Assembly (NCBI RefSeq): GCF_024521635.1
Contig: NW_026250429.1
Span: forward strand, 434,001 to 498,000
Direction of reading: 5' to 3'
Length of the DNA: 64,000 nt
Origin: Tricharina praecox
Lineage: Eukaryota
A program made the translations under genes and the position numbers. Below are positions 49,855-63,366 of the stretch, in pieces. Under the pieces are notes generated by a model that worked only from the letters and a program-made list of their open reading frames with translations, was not told where the DNA came from and searched no databases. Positions within the stretch are counted from its first letter, which is position 1; each line of letters opens with the position of its first letter.

Positions 49855-52000
49855 ACACACATTAGTACTCGATCGTGCTCCTGCCAGACTGACAGACTAG
49901 AGCGACGTCGACTCTTGAGGGTTGGGGGGACTTGGTTCTGGTAGGGGGTGATATGTATACGGTTGTGTGGGACAGTGGGACACTGGGGCTGGGGGTAACT
50001 ACCTGGGTGTAAGAGGGTACACAGATATGATATCTCAACGGCCTTTCGGCGCATGCGGCGGTGGGAAGGGGGGGACGTATACTAGTAGACGCATGAACGG
50101 TCTCGGGCCTGTAGAGTGGGTTCTCCTTTTCTACTATTTTATTACTATCATTACTATTATTATTATTTGGCGATGGATGAATGGATGAACCAATGGATGG
50201 GGCGCAGGGAGGTTGTTTGTTTGTTCGACTGCATTTACCAGCAGTCCGTACTTTCAACCTTGAAAAGCTGGGAAAAGTTGGGACGAGATGAGATGGAATG
50301 AGATGGGCTGGCCGATGAGATGTGACGGGCATTGGTAGGTCTCGGTGGTGTCGGTGGTGTCGGTGATCAGTGGTCGGTGGTGGTGGTCGGTGGTCGGCCG
50401 GTGGTCGGTGATCACTTGGTGGTGGTTAATGTTAATGATGTTATGGGGAAGGTGCCCACTGCCCACTGCCCCCCTTTTGGGAGATGAAGTCGGGGTATTA
50501 TTAGACGCAGAGGGTGGGTGGGTGGGTGTGCACGCTGGGCAGTGAGTGTGGATGGTTGATTGCGGACTCTACATATGAGATGGACTCTGGACTCTGGAGC
50601 GCGCGGGGGGAAGCGAGGTGGAAAGTTGATTGCAGTGCGATGCGGTATTGGTAGAGCGGGTAGAGTACTGTAGATGCCCTGACGTTATTGATGCCCTTGA
50701 CTCCCGTTGATGCCCTCAACCTCACATATCACCATCTTTGAAAAGTATGTACAAAATACCCGCGGGTAACTGACGGCGCTTTGGGTCTGGACCCCATCCC
50801 CCCGGGGAAAGCATCCCAAAGGCGGTCGATGACCATCCCAGCTACTCTACTCTACTCGACTCTACTCTGCTGTGCCTCTGGCAATTAATCATCTTCCAAG
50901 TGCGAATAGAGGCTGTATATCTATTGAAGCGGGGAAGGCGAATGTGGGGGGATCCGCTTTTGGTACCTTCGACACTTCGAGGAGTTGTATATAGTAGCTT
51001 AGCACCAGTCAGCGGTTTGGTATAGAGTATCACACATAGAGTATTCGGACACTTGTTGACGTTGTTTAATCTTTTCGAATCGATCCCGCAACTGTGCAGT
51101 GTGTGCAATGCGGCAGGCGGCTTGCTCGCTCACTTTCCTTCACTTTCAAAGTACCGTAACAGGTAACCAAGTAACTCGCATAGATACTCCAAGAGGCAAT
51201 GATCTTTGCCTTACTGTGGGTACGGTGCTCTTTCTGGCAGCTGGTATGTAGAGTAGATATCCCACATCGGGAATCTTGGCTTGTGCTCTGGGGAAAACAT
51301 TCAATCCTTATGCTCTCCCATTCACGGAGTCTCGCCTCACGACCGTCGACCACAACTCATCCAGCACGACACCCGCCGCACAACACACTTCAATCCGCGA
51401 TACTGCATCCTTGAGTCCCTGGCTGCCCGTTTCTTCCCCGTCCCCCAGGAAATCGCCATCCCACATAACCGTGGCGCAAATCTGGCGATTCTGCGTAACT
51501 ACGGTACTTGCCTGTTTAGTGCGCCTTCTTGGGTATGGCAATCCCGTGTTTTCTGGAGTCATCTAGAGCAGGTACGGTACTCTATGTACGGTACTTCTAG
51601 CAGATAGGGTTGGGCTGCAGGTGGACAGGGATGGCCGCTGCCAGGGATCGGGCGTCCCTGCGTCTTCTCGTCTTACCGTTATGTATGTGAGCATCAACGT
51701 TCGTACTTCATGCTGACGAACTTCATTGACGAACTTCGTCTCATGGGCTTTTGCTTTCTCGCTGGCGGCCGAGTCGCTGCGAATACTCTACTTTAACTAC
51801 ACTACCGATACCACCACCGAAGGACCACCACAATACATTACCGGTACCGGCACTTGTCACAGCATCATGGCAGCTTCCTGAATCCTCACCTCCGCTGTTG
51901 AATCCAATCCAATCCATTGGACCTGCAGTTCTCCTGGGCTTGCTATTGCCGCCATACCCCGCAACGAACCTGAAGACCAAAGAGGGTTCCGATGCCGAGC

Positions 52001-53051
52001 GTGGATGGACCGAAGTCCACCTGTACATCCATCCACCTATTCCGTGGGACAACAGGCTCTCGGAACGAATCGTCGGAACGCACACGGCTTATGACTTTCG
52101 GATGGATCCCTATCTCAGTGCAATGGAGGGCGCTATCCAGTCAGTAACTAACGGTTTGGTAGGCATTCGATCTGAGTGGGTTTCCTTCCTTGTTTCCTTT
52201 GCGTATCTATTTCCCGAGCAAATCAACTAATACCACACACAGCAGTGGCGGGGCTGTATATACACACCCCAAGGGACCGAGAGATGCCTCCACAGCACGC
52301 TGTGGGTTTCTACATAGCAACGGGGGTTTGGGATGACCGGAGTTCGCCCGACCACCGGTTGGAGCTCCGTCATGTTCTCGTCGGGGCCGTGTTGGTGGAC
52401 GGGATTCGAGCGGCTATTCCAACTATATATTGCATTCCTCCGCTGACGGTAATTTCCACGGTCACGGGTTGCCTCGGCCATAGCGGTTATGGCGGGGTTC
52501 ATGACGGCTGGAGTGGTTGGTGATGGGTTGGATTATCAGGGGAAAATAATATCGTCAAGCAGAGTGCAAGATGATTGTACAGTACCAGGACCAAAGTCTT
52601 CGTCCACCCGGCATTGGTTTCGGTAGGGAGGTCGATCAAGTACGGTCCGAATATCATGTCGCCGTCTTGTGGGCCCAACAAAGGTGGGGACAGCGGTCGG
52701 ACCTCGTGTGGCTGGTGTGGCTGCTTTTGGACTAGTTTTGGCAAGTTCAGCCACACGAGGTCGACCGCTGTACCCACCTTTGTTGGACCAGCGAGTACAT
52801 CTGGATTCGGAGCGGACGATCGCTCGGGAGTTCCGTGCGGTCGGTAGGGCGTCTGTCACTTCCGAAGCCGATCGACGGGTATTCCCCTGGTTAGTATTTC
52901 GGATCGAGTATTCCCCTGGTTGCGATTCCGGATCGTGAGTGTGGACGAGTCGGTGCCATTCGGCAGGGGGAACGAGCAGGCAGTCGGTAGTCGATATCCC
53001 GGAATGCACAATACGGTAGGGTCCCTTCGAGCCGGGACACTCGGACGCTAC
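52001..53051 (+). ncRNA. Candidate structured non-coding RNA (unknown class)
   Basis: Cluster of hand-paired stems, including a ~43-bp inverted repeat 52670-52790. G-U pairs work on the plus strand only; intron-like 52176-52242; no credible ORF. Confidence 0.45.
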
Positions 53052-54989
53052 TACCTATACATACATGATCATACGGCAGTGCATTTCATCTCCTTTGTGC
53101 GAGTTAAAAATAAGTACATAGATCCTTTCTTATGTACCATCCGTGCAAAAACCTGGAGAAGAGCATCGAGCATCATTGCAGAGGTGTCGTTGCACAATCA
53201 TGGCCCCCACCCTCAAAGGAAATCCGATGGAAGCGAAAATGGTCGGTGGACGGTGGTGGAAAGAGCAATGGTATTTCTTCATTGGCGGCGGCGGCGCTTT
53301 CCACATGCACACCTCTTTCGTCGAGCACCATGTAGGTACGCTTTACTTACCTTTGTATCTACAGCCTTCCCCAAGACTCATATTTTGCTCGAATAGGATC
53401 TACTCCCTTTCCACGTCGGACTCACACTTTTTCTTTTCTTCTTCCCTTTTTTTTTTTTTTTTTTTCCTCGGATGAGATCCGCTCCCTTTTCCATATCGCT
53501 GCCCCCTCCCCTCCCCGGGGGGTCCCCCCCTCGTACTGCAGATGGTGCACAGGACAAGACGGATGCTCAGAGCGAACTATAGTTACTCATATAGTACATA
53601 CATGATGGTTACTGCTGTCTGCCCGTCAATCAAGCAAGAAATCAATCTATTACTGCACTCACCAGCTTTGTCTGCATGTAATCAATTCCAAAGTCCCTGT
53701 GTCAATCAATGTATGTATGGTTGTTACATGCCTCGCTGCGGTCGATGTCCGAGTACGGTAGCCCAGCCCAGCACTGGGCACTCACACGCAAATGTTGGTC
53801 TGGCGTCTGGTTGTCTAGATGTCTGTCTGTCTGGCAGTCCGTCAATCTGTTCGTCAATCTGTCCGGCTGTCCATATGTCTATTCGTCACATCGTCACAAT
53901 CTATCCCCTCCTCTTCCTCATCTCTTCTCGTCGTCCCTTTCCTGGACGTCTCCATCTTCTTTTCTTGGACTGTCTTTCTCCCCCTGGCGCAGAGTGCTTC
54001 CTTCCTAGCTCCTCTGCCTGCAAAAGCTCACTAAGATCAAAGAAGCAACGCAGCGATGCACAGAGAGCGAGGGACGAGTAAACTAGATAGGTAGGTCTCC
54101 TTTAAGCCTGAACACCACCACCACCACCCAAACCACCGCCCAAACCGCTCCCTCCAAAAACTGCAACTACAACTGCAACTGCTGCAACTCCCAACTGCAC
54201 AGCTGCAGCAATCCCTCCCCCCTCCCTCTTCTCTCTTCCACCACCACCACCACCACCACCACCACCCCAAAGGAGAAGCAGAATCCTCGACTACAAACCC
54301 CCCATCACGCATAACTAAAACACGGCCAGTAGAGGCAAGCGCTGTCTTGACTACAACCGCTACCACCACTACCACCACCACTAACTACCACCACCACTAC
54401 TACCGCTACCACCACCACCACTGCCCTGACGCGAACCTCCCTGTCTCATCCGCACTCTCCTTCTTCTGGTTCTCCTTCTCTCTCATCCTTCTCCTCCTCC
54501 TCACCCTCACCCTCCTCCTCCTCATCGTTCAAACCTTCTCCCCTCCTTATACCCCCAGTCGCCACTACCATTACGCGAAGGCGCCCTCTCGTTATCACCC
54601 TTTCCCCAGAAATCGAAAGTCGCAGGCCCCACTCCATTACGCCACCCAGTCTCTACTGCCGAATGTCGTGAACGAATTCTACTCTGTTCAACAATCGTCG
54701 TTAAATTTCATACCGTAGTCAACAGTCCGGAGGTCTTGCGGATCACATCCATACACCCACCCACTCCCCACGTAACCCCCCTTCCCTAGCAATTGGATCG
54801 GCATCGTTGTCTTCGCCTCGCAAAGCTACCGATACATACTCACCCCCCCTCCCAACCCCAACCAATCCCTCGGTAGGGAGATATAGGAGAAGGAAAGAGA
54901 GTCTACAAGGAGGAGGAGGAGTGAGAGATAGATACCTGAGACACAACCGCCGAACCGCAGTAGCATCCACCCCCTAGCAGAACGCGGCA

Positions 54990-57900
54990 ATGTCGACCGG
55001 TAATCTCGATCCGCCTTTGGCCGACTACTTCTGGATCGCAGGAATCGACTCGATCTCGTACGGCGAACACCTCTCGTCCCCCGAATCGAAACCGATCGTG
55101 CGAAAGAGCTTTACGGACCAGCTTTTGGTGGCGATTGAAGCGGAAGAGGAGGGCCACGGTTCGTCCTTGCTGGTCCCCAACGGCCACGGTTCCTCGAACG
55201 GCGGCACGTCGTCGCCTACCAATAGACTCTCGACTACCTCGATCAACGGCGATGTCGGCGGCGGCGCGTCGCCTACCACTCGTTCGCCTACATCCTCGTC
55301 GTCGACGCTCGTTCGGAACGGTTCCAACTCGAGCAACTCCACCATCACGGAGACGTCGGCTGTCACCACACCTCTCAACACCCCCCTCAATACCCCCCAC
55401 AACACCCCCCACAACACCCCCCACAACACCCCCCACACCACCATGATCAATGGGGTGCGGCGCGATTTCGACTTCGATAAGGCGTTGCTGAAGTTTGCGG
55501 CTGAGCGGGATAGCTTCTTGGAGGATCTGTCGTTCAGCGCGGGGACGGTGGTGCCCAGCAAGCCGTTGGTGCACCCCAGAGCGCAAAAGGTTTTCAACGA
55601 GGACCCGCCAAAGCTCGAGAAGGCGAATTCACTGAGAAGGAGGATATCCCTTCGGGACCTCACATCCATGCGGCGGTCACCGTCAGTCATAAATAGGGCC
55701 TGTGAGTTTCACGCGCCATGCGGTGTTTTCGTGATTCTGAAACGCCCATGGGGCTAATAATGTCTTTTTGATAGCATCCATACGGACGGCTCGACGAATG
55801 TCCAACTACAATTCGGTGATACCAGTCCCGCAACCATTGAATACCTCCCCAAACATGCATCCCCTGAAACGAAAATTCGAACCCGTTCTGCTCGACCGCT
55901 ACCCGCCTAAGCACTTGACCGAGGAGGCCAAGCGACGAGGGCCCTTCCCTGACTACGTGCCGATGTTTGCGTTCCCGAACGATGTGAACATTGTTTCAGC
56001 GGACGAGAGGCCACGGTCGACATGGCATGGATTCGTAAGTCTGGCCCTCCCTGTATTGTGTTACGTTGCCTTACATGTATGTGGTGCCTTGGTAGACAAT
56101 GACTGGGGGTGACAATTCGAGGCTACATGGAATATGCGTCATCATATGGTTGCCATTGAATCCTACGGCAGCGGAGGATCTGGAGCGGAGATGCGAAGAA
56201 TGGAGACGAGACAACATGACGGAAGAGGAGCGAGAGTTGGCGGCGAGCTTGGGAGAAAGGTAGGAGAATTCGCAGTGCGTATTCGCCCGGTGGAAGCTTA
56301 TCTGACGTGGGATTACAGACTGGCTTTGGAACGGGCGAAACTTAGCAAGCTTTTGGCTCGGCTACCCGGAGTCGTCAACAACCAGGAGAAGAGGGAGGAG
56401 CTGGACGACGAGATTCTCGCCACCGAGGAGAAGATCGGACTGATGGCGGATCTTCTTCGGCCCGTTCGACATGGTGCGGCATCGAAGATTGAGGGCCTGA
56501 CGGACGGAGAGACCGGCCTGTGGATTCCTAGGGCTTACGGTATCCTCGGAAAGGATGCCTCGCTGACGGGTTTCTGGAAGGAGTGGCTGAAAGCGGTCGT
56601 GGTACCGATGACCAACGGTGCCATCGCCCGTGTTCCACCATCTTCGCCGAGAGTCGGCACATGGCTGCCCCTCGAAAGGTAATCCATTCCCAGTGTTACT
56701 ATTCTCGGTCAAAGTCTAACAGCAACCCTTTCCCCACACAGGTACGTTGTCAATCTTTGCGCAGAGGCACCAGCGCCATTGTCCTCTCAAACGCAGGTGG
56801 AAGTGAGCATCAGGGAGCTTCGTTTGTATGCCAGAAGGGAAGCTGCAAATGAGCTGCCAGAATCCAGAAATACAGATCTGTACAGTTTGTTCAGGGCGCT
56901 TGATATCCAGAACATAGTTGCTCTATTCGAATATGCACTGTCAGAATCTCGCATCATCCTGCTGTCTTCCCATACTTCAATGTTGCACCTCGTATCCCGA
57001 GCTTTGGTGAGCTTGATGTATCCTCTGAACTGGCTGGGAATCTACATTCCGGTCCTGCCAGCTCGTTTGATCGCAGCTCTCGAGGTACATAACACACACC
57101 CCCGCCAAATCTTTGTGGAAGGAGGAAACTGATTATATATAAAAAAACTACGCAGGCGCCGTGTCCATATATCGTCGGTATAGAACGCCGCTACGAGAAA
57201 CTGGAACTTCCGGAGGATGACTTCATCTGCGTCGACCTTGACTCCAACGTCATGTTCAAATCCAACACGGAGCCGTCCCCACTCCCGAGACAGCAGCGTC
57301 GCAAGTTGGTATCCCTGCTCCAATTGGCCGCGCCTCACCACAACCGATGCGGCGTTCCGATAGGACCGCCTCAGTACGCGGTTGAGACATTTCCCCACGA
57401 TTCGTTCATGTCGGAGTATCCGTCGGTGTTTGGCATGAGCCCGCCGCCGAGCATGCTCGCCAAATTGGTAAACCTGAATTCGACGGCTTTCGGCAATGCT
57501 GGCGGTTCCGATTTTGCTCCTAGGCCACCGATCATCAATGCTTTCTCGCAGGCCAGTGGCAACATCAACAACAAGTACGAGAGACCAGGCACCAGCGGCA
57601 CCATCCGCGGCGGCTCGCCGCCGTCGCCTCATTCGCCGCAATCATCGGTACATAATCCGTCCGGGTCAAACGTGTCCAGGAACGATTCCGGATTCACATT
57701 GACGGCCACTCTGCGCGGGAAACGGTCGGGCAACTTTGATGCAGCATCACGACGGAGTTCATCTTTCGGCTTCGAACGGACCCCGACGCTGAGGCGGCCC
57801 AGTCTGCCTTTTGCCAGCCACTCCCCGTCACCTTCGACTTCGTCTCTCGGAGGCAACTCCCAGGATGGCAACTCGGCTTCTTACGGTTACGCACCATCGG

Positions 57901-58883
57901 TATTTGCACCTTCCACTCTAGCCGCATCCACCATCATGCCGAACGTTCTCATGCAGCCCGTACGGAACACTGAAACCACACAGTGGATCGAGGGGCATTG
58001 CATGATGTACAAGCCACATGACGTCGAGACGATCTGCTCGATATGTGAGGAGAAGCCCGAGGATGGAATGTTCACGTGCGGAAGCTGCCGCGTCGCAGTG
58101 CATCCCCGATGCGCGCACATGGTTGTGCTGCCGTGTTCGGCAGCATTCTACCCGGATCAGATCCGGGCAGCATTCGTCCGCTGCTTTGCCAGTCTGTTCT
58201 ATACCTACCGGAAGTTCCTTGGACCTCCCACGGCCGACGGAAAGAAGGCGGGCAAGCTCTACCGGTTCAACATGGATGGATTCCTCAAGAGCATGCCACA
58301 GGAGAACGCCATGTACATCCAGATGCTGGAGCAGACGCAAGCGTTCAGCGAGTTCATCCATGACAGGGAGTCCAAGAAGGCCACCGATCCATCGGTCAAG
58401 CTCTTTGACGAGGTGATCCTTTCGAAGAAGAACCGCGGCAAGACGGGATTCTTCTCGCGATCCAGTATGTTGAACTCGGTGGGCGAGACGGCTTCCTGCA
58501 TGTCTAACTTTGCGACAGAGCCTGCTTATCTCTCGGATACCTCGGAGCACGTCTGGCGGACCGTCAACGCAGTCACGACGTCTTCGAAGGGAAACGAAGC
58601 CAGAGTGTCCCCCAACAGAAGTATGGATCCTCCTCCCTCTTATCGTTTTCTGTATCCTCCCTATCCATCGTCTCCAAATCCTTCCTCCTCCTGCTCATCA
58701 TCCTCCTTCCAGCGTCAATGTCGGTTAACCAATGAATCAGTACCGGCGAAGTTGGACCCTATTCTTCTTAGACCATCCAGGGCGCCCCAGCCAGCCCCAG
58801 CGGCCAATACGAAAGGATCTTCCAGAAAGAAACACACCAACCTACCGCAGGTCCAAATCAACGGGGGAGACGGGTTGTTCTAG
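54990..58883 (+). CDS. DENN-domain protein (putative Rab GEF) with C1-type zinc finger. Exons 54990-55701, 55775-56034, 56096-56259, 56319-56678, 56742-57084, 57156-58464, 58519-58620, 58741-58883
   Basis: PLADYFWIAGID, EPVLLDRYP, FPDYVPMFAFPND, LSESRIILLS, IYIPVLPARL..LE|APCPYIVGI, H..CSIC..CGSCRVAVHPRC..C, QTQAFSEFI; seven canonical phase-consistent introns. Confidence 0.92.
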
Positions 58884-59599
58884 GAGGCCATCCACCACCG
58901 CCACCACCACCGCCGCCGCCACCTTCTACCCCAACCACCACCATCGAGGGCGGGGATGAGGCCGGGAGTTTTGTACGATGATTGTGTTGTTGCTGTTGTG
59001 AATCCGAGCGTTGTCGTTTATTTTATTCAAACCGTAAAAAGTTGGGGACCTTTTTTTTTTCTTCTTTTTCTTTTCGTTTCCGTTTCGTTTCTCATCATCA
59101 TCCTGCTTCTGCTTCTGCTGCATTACAGCGCGTTCTTCTGCTTGCGTATTACTGTGTTTCTGCTATTGCCACCGTCGCTGCTGTTCCTGCTCCTGTTCCT
59201 GTTCCTGTTCCTGTTATTCCGATTCCTTCGTTTCTCGTTGTAGTTTCAACTCCTCTTTTTTCTTTTCTTTTTCACTCACTGTCGTTCCGAACTGTCTTGC
59301 CTAATGCCGTTTTTCACTTTCGTTTTCGTTTTTGTGTTCGTTTTTCGCCAGTATAAGTTTATTTTCCGCATCTTTTTGTTACTGGTCAGGTTCGGTCGGC
59401 AGTGGTGGCGTGGGTGTGGGCAGGTGGGGTGGGGGTGGGGGGGGTATGTAATAACCTTGTTTCTGTTTTTTTTCGTTTCGTATTCTTTTCGTATTCTTTT
59501 TCACCGCTTTGTGTTGTACTTGAGTTTTTGCTGCTGCTATTGTGCTGCGTTTGTAGGAGTGTGAGGGAGTAATTTTGCTGTTACCGTTGCTGTTACCGC

Positions 59600-59735
59600 T
59601 TTGAACTTGACTTGACTTGATGTGATTTGAGTTGGCTTGATGAGACTTGACTTAGGTTGACTTTGACGTGGCTTGAGTTGAGTTGACGCGGCTTGATCTT
59701 GACTTGATGAGACTTGGCTTGACTTGACTTGAGCT
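59600..59735. repeat. Degenerate (CTTGA)n pentamer array
   Basis: Read directly. Confidence 0.75.
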
Positions 59736-61260
59736 GTTCACCCATACATACATCATACCTTATCTCCGTTTTTGGTGCGTTACGTTAAGTAGGAAGTAAG
59801 TTCGCTGTGCCTCGCTGTGTCTCGCTGTGGTGTTGGTAATTGGAAGTAGTTGGATAGAGGGTGAAGGGAGTGGGCGGGTGCATTAGGAATGGAGAAGCAT
59901 TTAGTTACTTGGTTACTTGGTTACTGATGTTTCTAGTGCTGTACAGTGATGTGATGTTGAGTTGAAGTGAAGTGAAATTGAAATGAAGTTGGAGTGATAG
60001 GTACGTTGTGTGTGCGGTAGGATGCTGAGCCTGATTCTATGGAGTCTGGATGTGAGATTATTAGGAGGAATGCCTCCGAAGGCGAACGAGCGTGCCCAGC
60101 TAGGTTCTGTGTATGTGAACTGTGAACTGTGTGCGTAGGGGTAGAGGGAACGACGAAAGATGGAGGGCGACTACGGCCATGCTTCATTTCGCTTTCCCTT
60201 TCCCTTTCCCTCTCCGTTGAAGCTTGGAAGCTACAGCGCTACACTCCACCCAAGTATGAATGGCTAAGTAGTTACGAGCCTACCAACTAGAAGCCCAAGG
60301 ATGAATGGATAGTTACGAGCACTATGGTAGCTGCACGACAAAACAGAACAGAACATCAGCCATGATTCGCTCATGCACCAGCACTCGCAACTCTTCAGCA
60401 CTCGCGCCTCTTCTTTCGCGTGACTCTTCTTCTGTGTGACTCTTCTTCTGTGTGACTCTTCTTCTGCGTGCTTCTTCTTCTGTGTGGGATCCTCCAACTT
60501 CCAACTTCTAAGCCCTGTTCTATATCGTGATCAGTGGGTGCACAAGGAACCTCAATGGCCATTCGACTTGAGTGCCTAATTATGAGACGATATACCTAGT
60601 AGAGGTCAAGTCCGAGCAATCCAAGCAATCACAATTTTTCAGTAATACTATTCGCCTCCTCCCGGGCCGTTCTTCTAGGGAGCATCGGCATCGGCATCAT
60701 ACGGAAAATACAGCCATAGCCACAATCACCACCACCACCATCACAATCACCACTAGCACCACCGTCCTCAACAGACCATTAACCGCCAATCAAAGTAAAT
60801 CCAGTGAGAAACAGCAAACATGAAACCAGAAAAGCACAAACATCATCGAGCACAACAACAGGTATTAAGGTGTATGTATGTATGGGTCAGCAAGACGTAA
60901 GACGCAAGTTAACAATATCGTATCCATCATCATCAATCATCATCAATCATCGCCATTACCATCGTCAGATTAGGATATAGTCAGCACGCAACAAAAGCAA
61001 GTATCGTAAGTATCGGTATCGGTATAACGCAAGCAAGCAAGCCATGTCAAAGCAAAAAAAAACAAGTATTGCCATCAGTATCGTCGTCATCCGTCCATCC
61101 GTCCACCAGTCCGTCAGCAAGCGTATGTAAATCATTCCCAGCAACCGAACCACATCAAATCAAAGCTAGAGTCCATCAAAGTCCAGTCAAGCCACTCCGT
61201 TTCGCGCCCAATACCAAGCCCCAGTTCATCCATCCATCCCTCTCACAGCATATCCGCATG

Positions 61261-62689
61261 CTAGTCCTCGCTGAAAACGAACATCTTGCGTGCCGCCTCC
61301 GTCTCCACCGGTGCCGCCCTCTTGACCCTCTTGCCGTAAACGTGGGAGGAAACGGCTTTGGCCGCAGTCTTCGTGGCGGCGGCGGCGGGGGAGGCGGTGT
61401 TGATGGTGACACTGGCGAGTTTCAGTGTTCTGTCCTTTTTCGCAACGGCCGGCTCGGGCATGGAAGTACTGGCGGAGGCACGGGTGGTGTCCTCTGGAGG
61501 AGCGATGGTGGATTCGCTCTCTGCATCCTCCTCCCCCTCCTCCTCCTCCTGCTGCTGCTCATTCTCCTCAAAAATCTCCACCCGCTTCCTCTTGCGAACC
61601 CCATCCCTCGGCGTAAACTGTGCAACTGGGCTCACGGAGAACATCGCATGCTTCTTTTGCTCCCGCTTCCCCTGCTTCCTCTGCATCCTCTGCTTCCCCT
61701 TCTCCACAACAGCACCCTTATCAGGCGCAGCCTGCGTGGCTACAGTATCCTCCCCATCGTAACTCACAACATAGCGTCCATCCGGCAACGTAAGTTCATC
61801 CGTATCTCGGCCCATGAGGCGAACAGGTAGAAGTCCCCGCCGAACGGGAGTGGACATAAAAGCGTCCTCATCTGCCGCATTGCCGCTGGGGACAGGTGGT
61901 GAGGAGGGGATGACAACCAGTGGGGTACGGCCCGCATCGATGACGGCGTCCACGTCTCCATCGGTGATGACCCGCTTCCTCGACGTGATGGAGACCTCCG
62001 CTGCTGTAGCAGGCGGGGAGATCGCCGGGTCCTCGTCGGCCGGGACTGCGGTTGCAGGGCGGGGTTTCTTCCCCCGAACATGTCTAGTCCTGACAGCGGG
62101 AGGTGGAGCGACGGGCGCAGAAGGTGCTAGAACGGGTGGAGACGATGGAAATACCTCCTCTTCTTCCTTGACAGCGGGTGCAGCAGCAGCTGCTGGACGA
62201 AACATCCTCCCGCGGACACGATCATCTTGCCGAGCCGGGCGTGGAATTGTAGGTGCTGGCGGTGCCACACCACCTACCTGCCGAGCCGGGTGTGGAATTG
62301 TAGGTGCTGGGGGTGGTACACCACCTGCCTGCCTCGCAGCAGACCGGCGAGGCGGCACGTTCGTCGTCTTCACGCCGAGGATCTTCTTCCTCTCCTTGAA
62401 CGCGCGGGTATCGGTGAATGGATCATCTTTGTCCGGCTGCTTTGGCGGCGGGACGTTCTCGCCCGCTGGCTCGGGGTTGTAGGCTGTTCTGTCAGTCTTG
62501 GAACTCATTGACATATATGAAGGAAAGAGAAATGCGCATACTGGAACGAATGGCTGTGGCGCCGGAAGTTGGTTCATGGGCATCTGGGGAGCGGTACACT
62601 TGGAAACGACGCTTCTTGTGCTTCTGCCCGGGGTTGGCTGCGGGTTTGGAGGGCTGTTTCTCCAGGAGGGCGGTATGTTTGGGAGGCAT
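61261..62689 (-). CDS. Hypothetical P/A/K/R-rich disordered protein. Exons 62689-62542, 62483-61261
   Basis: ATG 62689; intron GTATGC...ACTGAC...CAG joins into a 400+ codon open frame; internal PARQxGGVxPPAPTI repeats; NLS-like basic clusters. Confidence 0.75.
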
Positions 62690-62919
62690 TTCGGAGGAAG
62701 AAAGTAGACGAAGGTACAAATCAAAGATCCTGGTAGCAAAATAGGCACACAGAGTCCAACAGATAGCTAGACTAGCAAGATTGAGAAATGAAGAAGGGTT
62801 TAGGCCAAGGCGAAGAAGAGTTGAAGATCAAATGCAGAGTAGGAAATGAGGCAGTGCTGGAATGGAGAGATGTGGGTGCATTGGTACGATGGAGAGGATC
62901 GATGCTGCTGTTATGGGTA

Positions 62920-62922
<3 letters not shown>

Positions 62923-62956
<34 letters not shown>

Positions 62957-63022
62957 GAAGAGAGAGAGTGGGATAGAGAGAGAGAGAGAGAGTGGAAGAG
63001 AGAGAGTGGGAGAGAGAGAGAG
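62923..63022. repeat. (AG)n microsatellite
   Basis: Read directly. Confidence 0.9.
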
Positions 63023-63366
63023 AACATCAATTGATTGTCCCATTCGGCCTTTCTCGCATATGATACTTAGTAAACAGCTCTGACGTTGTACACTCAATTC
63101 CCTGTACCGAGTGACCCGAAATGAACCATGCAAATTTGGGCATTGCTATTGACCTTTGTAATTGCTATCGGAAATCGGTATCTCTGCGTCAAAAAGTACA
63201 TTCAATCATTATAAAGCAGTATTGGCCATTTGATTCCACCCCCCGTCAAGGCACAGATTAAACAAAATGCCCCGTCGTACGTACCGGCCATCACACAAGT
63301 CCCAACCTCTCGTTACACGATTCTAAGAGTGGATTTAGTATACTCGAGATGGGATTACCGGGCCGA

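Noticed and set aside
51000..53120. Telomerase RNA, RNase P/MRP, SRP or hammerhead identity for the structured region
   Set aside because: No TAACCC template, no convincing CR-I/CR-V, SRP helix-8 or hammerhead core; left as unknown ncRNA.
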